64,000 nt of DNA from Phoronis australis. Lineage: Eukaryota; Animalia; Phoronida. The position numbers and the translations under genes are program-made. A model generated the notes under the pieces. The model worked only from the letters and a program-made list of their open reading frames with translations. It had not been told where the DNA came from and did no database searches. Position 1 is the stretch's first letter. Each line of letters opens with the position of its first letter. The stretch is taken from NCBI GenBank assembly GCA_002633005.1, contig NMRA01000073.1, positions 230,365-294,364 on the forward strand, given 5' to 3'. Below are positions 1 through 12,300 of this stretch, piece after piece.

Positions 1-404
1 AAACTCAGTAATGCAATGACGGCAATGACCTTGCCTTGACATTTGTGGAATTATTTCTGTTTTATAATACTCTTACACCGACACTGATAACGCAAGAGGT
101 TGTAATGGCACAAACGTAGTCCCATAAACAACGCCTTGCCTTTGAACATTTCCAAGTGAATTTTAGCCCAGAAAAGTAACTGGTAACCCATCCTAGTTAC
201 TTGGCTACGTCGTCATGATTTTTAACCCTGATTAAATTTACACCATGCTTTTCTTGTAACATTAGTCATAAAAAAGCAAACCTTTCTTGACACGTGATGC
301 AGATAACTGTTAAATCACATCACCATGGCAACTTGAGAAAACCAAGACAACTTAGGGTAATCTGAAATGTTGTGTCTGTGAGTTTGATCATGTTTCATTC
401 TTAC

Positions 405-1039
405 GGATACTGTCTTATCCATCCCAGGTTCTTCATTTCAAATGGCAGATTGACATTGTCCGCGAACTTCTGTCTTGGAGTGTAAAAAGATACGTCAAAT
501 GTCATTGACAGGTGCTCATGGGTATGGGTGATTCCAAGCGACTCGGGCCTAACGCATCCCAGCACTGAAAGAGTGGTTTGATTCAAATGGTAACAGCAAA
601 GCTTTGGTATGCCCATGTTGTGTGCATCGCATTCAGCGCAGATTCAAGGAGTGATCATGAGTTTTAAACAACTCTACCAGTAAACTTAAAATAACATATA
701 GGGAGGTTCGAAGCAAGTCAGCAATACATTACTCAATAAGAACACGTCTGCTACTTTTCATGATCTTTTAAGGTGTTTAGAGGACAGTGAGGCGGACGAC
801 AAAAAACAGAAGAGAACAAAAGAGCGTTTTGGAGAACAGTGCATCCAACATATAGAACCAGAAAGTTTCATTTGAATCCGATCAGCTATTTTTGAGATAT
901 CATGCTCCAAAGTTAGCCAAATTCTGGACATTTTCTAGAGTGCTACATTACAAAACGAACCCTTTTGCAATAAGTATACTTGGATCAGTTCCAAAAATGT
1001 GTGCTCACCAGTTTGCACTTTGCCTTCTCTTGAAGCCAT
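405..1039 (-). CDS. PTER: Phosphotriesterase-related protein, first two coding exons (1009-1039 and 405-564); gene continues beyond the left edge
   Basis: Exon 1009-1043 (attccag|GATAATG...ACTG|gtgag) encodes MASREGKVQT. It joins in phase 1 to exon 405-564 (tttcag|TG...CC|gtaag), giving VLGCVRPESLGITHTHEHLSMTF...MKNLGWIRQYP. The GKVQTVLG...THEHL pattern with the HxH metal ligands is the PTE/PTER N-terminus. Confidence 0.92.
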
Positions 1040-2609
1040 TATCCTGGAATGATAATACAGAACATTAGACGAGGTCACGCGATTTTGGCTAATTTTTTCT
1101 TACCGTCGCAGCTATTGAACTCCAGCCAGGATTACACAGTGACACAACTTTGCTTTGTCCCGGAAGTAGAATAGCGCGTTGTTTTCTTTGACCTAGTTTT
1201 GGAATGTCAGGCACTTTTTCACAGGCCATGTATGAAACCGATTTCAACCTTTTAAAAATTACTGGAATTGCAAGTCATCCTTAAGAAAGGTGATACTGCT
1301 CGGTTGAAAATTAACCCAACGAACTTGCTTCATCCACTCGCTCCGCATGTTCTTGTCTTTAATGTCTGGATGTACGACGAACTCCGAGTGTGTAATATCA
1401 AACATCCACGGATATTTGCCCACTGTTTTTTTTTTCTGACGGAATACCAGCCCACAGCACAGCAGTAATACTTCGATGACATTGGGAGGACGAATAGAGT
1501 AATGCACCCAAAACGTGTAGAATACGATAACTACAAAGCATGTGAGGAACTCCATTATGGTGCAAAATACAAATTGCCTGACGGACAGTGCGGGATTGTG
1601 GGCAAATACATCGAGATTCAATTGTCGCTGTGTAATTGGGAACCAGGCACATTGTTGTGACGCAACTAATCCCTGGCCCAATCGCATTTCCACAGCTTGG
1701 CTTGAGGTGTCAGCTTAGCCATGGCTCAGCTAATAGCTATCCGTCTGCGCTGACTTTAAGGTTGCGAATACGACCCCTTAGAACATAAACGTGGACCAGA
1801 ATAAGAGTATGATAACCGATAACAAAGGTAGGGCATATTAGCAAGTTTAAACACTCTCTGTTGCAATATCTAGCTCCACTGCAAGACTTTATCTGTCATA
1901 ACCCACGAGTACAAATTCCCTAATCGTTGCCTTTGAGTGACCTTGGGGCACAAGACAAAACAACTAGCCAAGGTAATTAAAAACGGGAAAACGCATTGGG
2001 TCTACAATCCGAATGCGGGAACTCGGGGACTGGGTTGTTTTTTCGAAAAATTAAACAAGGATGTGCAGGTAGGCCTACCAAAGGAATTGAAAATCGCCAC
2101 AAGCTACCTTCGGATCGTGCTTCAGCGACAACCTTATCCAATTGAAGCGACGTCTCTTGCGCAACTCGTCGTTTTTACAAGCTTTAAAAAGCGCTAAGGC
2201 GCTTTAGCACTCCCTGTCCATCATCAATATTTTAGCTGAAAATGTTTCCAAAAGTTTATCATACTGCTTGATTTCATGACGAAATGTTACCGAGCAATTA
2301 AGAACGCCCACATAATTGTATTTACAATCAATGTTTAACTTCTTACACATGCAGAGATAGGAAAACACCGTCATAACAACAACTGTACCTGAATATCTGC
2401 ACACTATTATTGCTTCTAGCACCGTGATTACTTTCTGTTAATCCTGTCAGTATCCCAGTATTCGGCACTTATTTCTACACAATCAGTCTTCCTGTTACAG
2501 ACTGTATGTTCAACTGTAGGAGATTGAAAAGCAGCGTTCCAACCCGGCGGCTGACAGAGCACTCCCAAAACAACCACTTGTGACTTGCACCAAAGTCTGG
2601 AGTCAAAAC

Positions 2610-2971
2610 TATGGGCAGCAGAAAAGGCAAATATTATTCAAAAATAAAAAATCAGTTCTGTTTAATCAATTCAGTCATATTTAAAACAAGAAGCAATCCT
2701 ATTTTGCAAATTAAATGCGCCTGTATAAATTGAACCATGTTTTTAAATTCAACACAATTTTAGAAATTTAGTGCTATTTTAGAAATTCAATTCCCCGACA
2801 ATATTAAATTCTCAAAACAGATTCGATTTCGTTTTGCAACATATTTAGTTATGTTAATCGCCGACTGCATTGAATTCTCAGAATAGGTTCGATTGAATCT
2901 GCGAAACAGGGTTGATTTTATAAAACAGGATTGGATTTCTAAATTAATATTTACCCTTTCGGCTGCCCATA
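2610..2971. mobile_element. Non-autonomous TIR element (MITE), IS3EU-like
   Basis: TIRs TATGGGCAGCAGAAAAGG / CCCTTTCGGCTGCCCATA, flanked by 6-bp CAAAAC/TAAAAC. TAY termini with a 6-bp TSD fit IS3EU. Confidence 0.6.
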
Positions 2972-3791
2972 TAAAACAGCTGCAGCGACGATAAATTCAA
3001 TACACGTGTATGTATCTGCGCGCCGTCAGATATAAATAATGACCTACTTTCAGTATAGTGAAGCAGATTGTCACCCACGTTTACAACTCAACATATTATA
3101 TAACTTTTTTATTTGTCGCTATTTGTAGTAGTTTAGTTTTTCATAATATACAGATGATCTTTCATCTCATCCATATGTGTTGTGCCACTGTAAACTAGCT
3201 TCGGTACCGCTTCGCAGTTACCGCAAATGAAATGATCTCTACTCTGGCCACGATCTCCCCTCGAAAGACCAGTGACACGTGGATGAAACAGTCCTAGTAC
3301 CAACTTTAATATGCTCTATAATTTTTCAGCAAAATTGTGCGAACATTGATTGTCTTTTCTTTTGCTATTTTATCTAGTCGTATCAAATATCAAGTAATAG
3401 AAATATCAAATGCCCATAAGAATTAGTGAATGAATGGGGTGCTTCTTTGGGACTATTAGAGCACGTCATGCAATCAATCACACTTCTAAAGTCGTCGAAA
3501 CTTTGGACTTACCATTTTAACTGGTTAGGATGACAGGACGCAGTTCCCTTTGAGGCTAGTGTACGGTCTGCAGATATTTGAGTGGGGCATTCCGGTAATT
3601 CACTGAATAATTGGGGCATCATATTTGCGTTCACGAGAAACACTGAGCAGGTAAGAGGCTGAGCTCGGTGGACTCATCTCCGCAGTGCTACACCGACACC
3701 CTATTTATCAGTCGGTGAGCCGTGAATGTCGGTCGATCAACCATGTTTGTTTAAAACTCATTTCTTTTCAGGTAAAGCTCTAAAACATTAC

Positions 3792-3870
3792 CTCTTGCAG
3801 TTGTGCTCTTAGTTTTCAGCATTCGTCAGGTTCTTAATGATCGCCATTTTGTTCGCCCACTAACATCGCC
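3792..3870 (-). promoter_or_regulatory. Probable first (5'UTR) exon / TSS region of PTER
   Basis: YY1-type AAAATGGCG at 3850-3842 (minus), followed by donor AGAG|gtaatg at 3792/3791. Exon 1009-1043 has an acceptor, so an upstream exon is needed. The 5' boundary is approximate. Confidence 0.5.
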
Positions 3871-6142
3871 AGCGGTGTCACGCAAGAAATGCAACGGACA
3901 CGAGATCAGTAACATCAACCACACAAATTCTGCATTTTTAATTGCCAATGTGGGTTTGAGAAGTTGAGCAAAACTATGTCGGGTAAGGTGGTCAAAGTAT
4001 CAACCGGTGAATGCCAAAAAAGTTTGAACGGTGTGGTGCAGGCCGATTCATTTGAAATGCAGACGATTGATTCATTAGACAATCGGTATGGAAGCTTTTC
4101 ATATACTAGATCTGAGAAGGAAAACAAGATCCTTGCGAACAAGAACCAGAGAGCAGAAAGGCCCATCAATCAATTATACTGATATTTGAACTAGTCGCGC
4201 CATATTGGAATTCACAATCCCACCAGATGGCGATCAAGGGTCTTTGCTACACAGGCGTTCAACACCACCTACAGATCCCATGTAATACGGATGGGAGGTT
4301 TCAGTCTACTAGTAAGAACAGCGTTTTAACACCTGTTTATATGTAATGCTTGGAAATTTCCATTGCTGTGCGGTGAGGTGTACGGAAAAAAGGCAAACCC
4401 TTTGAAATGTCCATGGATAAAGAACATCATGTTCATGCATTTCCCACTACGACTGAAGAAGAATCTGAGGCAACGAAGTCAGTCCCGTTGCGACTAATAA
4501 AGCGAGATTATTTCAATCCCAGCCGATGACAAAAAGGTAACTTCATCTTATTAAACAATCGGAAGGGCTCACAGTGGGATTTATCCACTGCTTTTAAATC
4601 AATGAACTAACAAGTAGTAATTGAATTATTTAGTCCAGCGACTTTGAGTAGGGATCAAGCGGAAGTCGCTATCGCGATCTCATTATTGTAGAGAACGCCA
4701 ATTTCAAAAGTCCGTGTGATTGTTGGGAATTATTGCGGTGATTGTTGTATAGCTGCCGATGAGTCCGCCGCGACTTTTTTAATGCCTTGCCACCGTTGGA
4801 CATGCACCTTTACCCTCAACGGCACAACCAGCTTCACCACGCCAGTTGTATCATCTGCAGTGGCTACACATCATATCAAACTGTTACTGACATTGAAATC
4901 TTCCAACATTAACAAATGCTTGCCAAAGAAGAAACTTAATTTCATTAATTGATGACCTCATTTTATAAACAATTATCCACAACATCTTTGGTTAATCGCC
5001 CTAAAATTTCAGCAATCTTGCAATTTATTTTGATAAATACACTTACACTTTAAATCTTAAAACAATTCTAATTTCTTTTAGACTAAGCAACTGCGTAACC
5101 CTTTGCTTCAAACAAACTGGAAGAGCTCATCAATACAGAGTGATCAAGTAATTTATGGCTTTGATGTTTTCGCCTTAGATTTAAACAAAAAGGATACATG
5201 CTGTTGTCTTTTCCAAGGTGCTTCTTGGTCTCGTTCATGTGGCGGTGACCTTTTTGTTTGTCAGAACCTCAACCTTTCGTTTCAATCACTCAAATCATTG
5301 ATGCTAACAAGACATTTGCAAACAGTCACCCACCACAACTACTCCAGACACATCGCCATACAATCTATCCATATTTTAATAGGGATAAATCAGCTTTAAG
5401 AACTGCTGTACACCGTTCTAAAAATAAATACGGTGCAAATTGCGTGTAGTGTTTTCGAGTGCTAATATTCCTTTCTGCCAATTCTAGTCAAAGAAACAAG
5501 TCACGCATTATTTTTACTTACTGAGCATCTTTGCTGGCAGATGAATCAAAATAAGAATTACTTTGCAACAACATTTCAATCATTTGTTGAATATGTAAAG
5601 CCGACAATGGCTCAACGTTTCCAAACATGGCTCAGAACCTCTTAAACATAGTACGTCCTGACTGAACACAGCAGTAAATCCGTGTTCCGCCAATTAGAAA
5701 TTAACTTCACAGCACTTGCCGCTATAAAATAGTGACTAATTTCAGCTTCTTCTTTAGTCAGATGAGAAACGTGTTCTAGGCTTGAGAAAATCAGATAGTC
5801 ATTGCAGAAAAACACAATGGTCCTTAGTGACAAGCCAAATTATTTTTTGGCATCGAGAAAAAGCATAAATATCAGTTCTTTCGAATTCGAAAAAATTACC
5901 ACTAATTTGGATTATGAAAAAGTAGAGACCTATTTCTTAAGGGCAATTGGACTCAATCAAAAGTCATTGTTGATAGGAGGGCTTATTGCAGTTTTAAAGG
6001 GACATTAACAGTGAGAAAAGTGATTTCCGGATTTCCAGCAGCAACGCAGAATCGAGCCAAAAACCCCCCGTGATCACATGCTAAGGCTCCGCCTGGCTGA
6101 GCAACACCCGGTGAATATTTTAGGCGCATTTAAGTGGTGAAG

Positions 6143-6318
6143 TCACCGGTACTGGTTACAGCAAACGTCAGGCAGACACAAGTGAGAACTGACAATTTTG
6201 TTGTCTGGTAGCTCCTGCCACAAAGACCATAACTTCAAAGTCCGTCCTTTCCAACAATTATCAAAATGCGTTTTTGGCCGTAAAACACGGATAATCCCGG
6301 TACAAAGACAGCGAAAAC
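6143..6318 (-). CDS. Putative terminal coding exon, Cys-rich tail
   Basis: atatag|GT TTT CGC in phase 1 reads GFRCLCTGIIRVLRPKTHFDNCWKGRTLKLWSLWQELPDNKIVSSHLCLPDVCCNQYR*. No recognised domain and no TM helix. Possible AATAAA (minus) at 5024-5029. Confidence 0.5.
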
Positions 6319-9300
6319 CTATATTTCAGAATCAGAGGGATTCTGCCGTGCACACAGTGTGGTCGAATGGGTTCTCATGCTCTCAGTGCACAGCACGGTA
6401 CTACCATGGCTAGCATAGAATCGTATGCTCAGTTTTTTTCCTCCGCACACTCTTCAAAGCATGAAACAGGGACTTTTACATAGGTTTTATGTACAAATCA
6501 CCAGATTAGACCTCACCAAGTAGGTCAGACTGCTTGCTTGATGGGCAATGTGCAAATAAGTGACATTTAGGATTATATCAATGTGGCCATAGATTATAGA
6601 CATGTGCTATAGTCTATGATGTAGCAGACATATATCAATTGTATGTTATCTGCTTTTTGCTATCTTTGCTGTTCCAGAATCGAAAGACTATAACTTTCAT
6701 TTACCTCTACCGTAAACCTCGAATTCGCACAAGACCATCGGGTCACTCAGCGACTCAGCGAGTCTGTGAATTTCCACAACGTTGGCCGCAACTTCGTCGC
6801 AGCCAAAATGGTGTTCACGTCCATCGGCCGGTACTCCTTTTTGTATTTTACAAATATGGTCATTGACGTTATCTATAGAAGCATTCACTTGGTAGTCTCC
6901 CAAACCTCCATCGTCTGCGAAGATGAGAGAATGACAAACAGATACCTGTTTCATTCTTTACATTTTGAGAAGTGAGAAAAAAGGTAATATAACAAAAGCT
7001 CATAATATACGCATCGATTTATCAAGAACGTCACACTGAACATACATGTATGTAGAATATTAACTTATTCAACTTCTTGGAAATCAGGCACAACAGTCAT
7101 ACTTGCTTTTCTTAGTACTACATAATTCACATGACGTCACACTCAGAATTTCGTTCTACATTGCTTACAACCAACAACACACCTATTGGCCCTACACCAA
7201 AGTTTTTCTGCAGTCGAATCCATTGATAGCTTTCAAAGCACCAGTGCTTATCTAAAGAAGATGAAGTTTGAAAACGATTAGGATTGGATGATTATTTTTG
7301 TAATGCTTTTTAAAATGATTGTCCGAAAAAGCACATTTAACGATACATTAAGTTAACTTACTCCCTACAACGGTCACACTGCGTATGAAGTATCCCTGAG
7401 CGAGCTTGACCATCCAAAAGTTTTGACCCAGCGAAGGAGTTACGTGAGTACATGATCCAAGTCTGTTTCCGTCAACAGCCAAAGAAGAGTTGTAAGGAGA
7501 CTGCACAGCCTTGGTCTGTGAGGTGCTTTGATAAAGTGCTACATTTTCTAGAAGAACAAAAGATCACCAATAGATTCCACGCGATTACTATGAAATAAAG
7601 AAATGATGGTTCATATTTAGAATACGCAATTTTCATCGGCATCGATGGCCACTGCGTCGAGGACACCCAACAAGTCTACTTACATTTCAAGTGAACTTCT
7701 ACTAAAAAACTATTGAGAGGACTGTTCAAGTTTCTTCACAGCTCAGTCAATCCAAGCATCTCAGACTTTCTTGTGATCGATAAGACAAGCTACATGACAA
7801 GACATTTACCTGCCACGAATTTACCAAAGGCTTCCACTTCACAAAGTGTAAGACTCAGTTGGGCTGAAGAAAGGATTTTCAAGAATCGACCGCTGACCGT
7901 CCGATTCTGACAATATAATAAGTGGCGTTCTCCTTCGGATAACGGCCCAAGCACATGGTTGACACAGACCCGTGTGTCGAAGAATGTGAATGTATTTGAA
8001 ATGATGATGGAAAAGTCTTTCACTTGAAGATTATAACCTGAAATTATAAAACGCGAGATCAAAAGTAGAGAGGTGTGTTTGGAAGTCAAATTTAAGCACA
8101 ATAATTAAACAATGCACCCACACCCCTTGAAAGTTTAGCTTGTGCCTTGACAGCACATTCTTCTTATAATAACGTGTCTCTCGAGTTTTCTTTCTGAATT
8201 CTTATAAATTTCTAGAGACGCTTATTATACAAAAAACATTACCACGATAAAGAACTTGATTGAAAACACTGCCCACTGGAAACTGTACAGAGAGTACGGA
8301 CGAAACCATGTCAAGCTGTCCAACAGAAGGTGCAGTCAGGTTTTCAATCAAGTTTACGTTTATGAAGGACTGCCACCGAACTTTTCATTATAAAGCAACA
8401 GAATTATGAACATACTTTTTTGCTCAGCATATTCAGGAGTCGTGATCGCTACGCTGGATATTTCATATATAACTTCCAAATCCATCGCCCACCAAGGACC
8501 GATTTCAACTTTTGTGGCGGCGCACGTGCCTCTATAAACATCGAAAAACACGGAGTGCACCCCGTCCACGGCGACCTCCGGGTTTGCTTTCTCATCAACA
8601 GACGATTGGTAGACGAGTTTATGAAGAGCCAGGTTAGACGTAACTGTAGCAGAATTTGGGAGAGTTGTAGACGAAATTCTAGACTAAACTGACAAAATAA
8701 AATGCTCGATCAGAACAACTATACAGCCAACATGTACTCAACCTTTGCCTGCATTGCCACAGATCTGCTCTGCGAACTGCAACGTCACGACTGTCGTGGT
8801 TGTTATTACATTATGCCAGAATTATCGTATCATCATTTTGCTTATGCTGGCAAACGTTTTCTTTTGCATTGTGAGTCAGAATTCCCAGAGCAAGACAGTA
8901 TGCACAGTCTAAAGTGCATTTATTATCTTCCCTTGACTATCTTAAATCACAACTTGCCAGACATTTCTAAAAGTAGTTCTACACTGCATTTTCTACCTCT
9001 GTGACCTAGGATAGTTCTATGCGGGGTGGTGCTATTCTTTTTCCTAGTCAATGATGTTTTTGTTAAATGCTACAACGTTACCTGTACGCAAAGACGCCGA
9101 CATTGCCAATGCATTAGAGATAACAAGGATTAATAAAGTTTAAAAACTAAACTGTTCACCATTTAGCAAAGAATTTGTGACAGGTTACTTTGTTTTTTGA
9201 CCATCTATCACCGTTTGCAACGCAAAAAAATCCAGCCATGGCAAGAAAAACAGAGAAATTACCTCGATATGGAGTTCCATAAACTTCAACTTCACATAGC

Positions 9301-12300
9301 TCAAGCATTTCGCCAGCTTCGCTAATGTTCAGTTGAACAGAGACATATCGAGCGAGAATCATATGGGAAATACACCTTAGGAACTTTGTTTCTCCATCAT
9401 TAAAATAACCAGAATGGTAGGCACAGACGCTTGTATTCCCGCTGTCGTCTTCCAAAAGCACAGCGAAGTTGTTCAGCCGATAACCTGCGGGAGAATTACA
9501 TGCGTTATCGTCCTCAAAACAATGCCGGAACGATTGAAAAATCTGTTTTCTACCACACACAGGAAGTTAGCAGACCAGATAATGAGGAGCTGTGCTTACA
9601 CCCAAGAGCAGACCTTACCAGCTGCTTACACGTGTACTGTTCCCTCTAAATGGCAACTCGTAAATTAATGTCTTCATTTATTCATTTTCATTTGGGTTCA
9701 GTATGCTATCTACAGGATGAGCTGGGTTGCTGAACAAGGCCAGAAGCATTCTTCCGCCGACTCAGATTTTCAATACTAGCGGTATACTATCGGAAGTAGT
9801 AATTACCAAGTCCGTCAGCCCTGCTTGTGAGTGCTACACCATCCACACGATGATCAAACAGCAAATCCACTCGGACCCAATGCATTGGGTCGCTCTGTAA
9901 AGGACTAGTCTGAATACAGGCCCTGGTATTTCTAGAACCGTCCACTGCATCCCACGGGTCACTAGTTTGATTGCCAGAGGACATATCTACGTGCTTGAAT
10001 AGCGCCAGGTTCTTTCCTAGAAATAAAAAACTCCCAGAAAAAAATGCATTTCACTCGTTCAACCTTGCAGTGGCTTCTTACCACTGTTACGTTCCTATAG
10101 TGAGATGAAAAGAATAGCAACCAGAAGGAATCAAACTGAACGTTGTTATAAGCAAATTTAAATCCAAACAAAAAGGCACATTTAAACATGAGTATAAGGC
10201 GCTAAGTTAAGCAAATTCAACTAGATTACGAGCTACTGTTCAAATTATCTCTCACAGCTACCCAGAGCTTACTTTCCTTTATTCTAAAGAGGTGCTGCAG
10301 TACTTGACTTTCTTTTTACATATTGCAAACTGATGACACCGTGACCTTTTGTTCAATGTTCATAACATGGCAAGCAATGGCCAACTTTTAACATTAAAGT
10401 TGATAGGCTGAACAATAAAATAAAAAGCTGCAGATTTCTAATAACAGTGCACAACACATTGCACGCTGGTGTTTTACCAATCTGAAACATTTTAACTCCT
10501 AAGAATAGGCACTGCCCTAAGCGAAAGCACAAGCGCCAATTAAAATATTGTTTGTAAGCCAAAAACAAATGGCGGAATATTTAATACCAATGAAGTCTTC
10601 AGGAAATCCACATAAATCCTATGTACACTTATTAACGCATACATTTTGCATCAACACTCAACTGCAAAATCTGTGAATCGATTGAGGGTAACGCATACCT
10701 GGGCTCAAGACTCCATGAATCTTCACTTCACAAATGCTTATGTTCTGAGTGACGTTAAGTTTCTGTATAAACACAAAACGTCCATACACAACATCTTCAC
10801 ATCCTAGATACTTCGTTTCTCCAGGTTGCATCGGTTCAGGATGAGACGCACATGGGCGGTGAGCGTCAGAGCTCTCGGAGAAATTGGAAACATTTACCAC
10901 AAACTTGCCTAGTCCTCCTTGATCAAAAGGGACCTCTGGAAATTGAACGGTACAGTTGGTGAAGAAACATACATATGCGTTCACTTGCCGTTTGGACGGA
11001 CATGCCTACATCCAACGAGAAACAAACAGGCAAACACAAAACAATCCGACGAATTCCTCGTCACTGAGTCCGTGGACGTGTTTTGTAATGTTCTAGCATT
11101 CGTTTGTGCCAAGCATTGAAACTTTGCTATTATTCCAAACACCGGGTTTCAGGAGAAATTCCTTAACCGACATTAGTTTTTTCAAGGGATGACGCCCATG
11201 AATCATACATGTACTTAACCGACCACCACTATGGTATGGAAGGTTTTATGTCATAATACAAGTCACAGGTCTCCAAAATTCCATGCGGACGCCTCGAAGG
11301 AAAACAAAAAATGGCCTGGAGTCAAGTGATTTCCGAGAGCATTTTGCTAATGAATTGGAAAGTAATAGTTCGCGAAAAGAAATCAATGAGACATACGTTT
11401 AATCACGCCACTTACCGGCGTTTGTCAGTGTAACACCACGTATGGCGAACTGGGCGTCTAAATCTACCATCCAGTAGGGCTGAAACTGAACTTGTGTTGA
11501 AGACATCGAGACATGGCAGGAAAAGTTACCATCATTGGCCAAGGAGGAGTCAAAGTTTAAATGGGTTGACGACTGTTTCGTTGGTTTCTGTATTGCCACG
11601 TCTCCAAAATCTACAAAATCAAATCTATACCTAGAACTCGTAAACTGAAGCCAACCACAGGTTTGATAACCCACAAGTGCTTTCAGTAACTCAAAATGCA
11701 AGAAAGTAACAATTTAATGAAAATAGACCTATACTTCCGGTAATACAAGCGACTATAGTGACGGGTGTAGTAACCAAATCCTTCACGCGCCATTAGGCAC
11801 TCTTGCTGGATGATAACTCCGGCCTTTGTAGCGTGAGTGGGACGCTGGTCCATCGCAGGTAACTTCCTAACAATTTACAGTCGAGCTAGCTCAGCCAACG
11901 CAGGTTAAGTGCTTTGCTTAGGGCACAACTGCAGTAGCCAGGATCTTTCAGTTGCGAGACCACCACACTAACCACTGGGCTACATAGGCTCTGCTGGTGA
12001 CCGTACAAAAACATGATTTGACGACTGGAACATTACGCTTGACAGAATGGAAATTTGTAAAAGAACGCTGAAATCAACTTAAAGACTTGATGAAAATTAA
12101 CTTGGAAATCCATAATTTCCCCCATTTCATACCTCTAGCAGCATGTATTCCATACACCTCTACCCCGCACAAAGACAAGACCACTAAATCTCCAACTGCT
12201 TCGATCTGTACGTATCTTCCGAATTCATAGTCCCGTTTACAGTGAATTGTTACGTGGTCGCCCTCTTTGCCCTCACCGCTATAGTTTCCACAGATCTGAT

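Noticed and set aside
1259-1693. 144-aa minus-strand ORF upstream of the PTER start exon
   Set aside because: No motif or usable splice pattern; lies in a probable intron.
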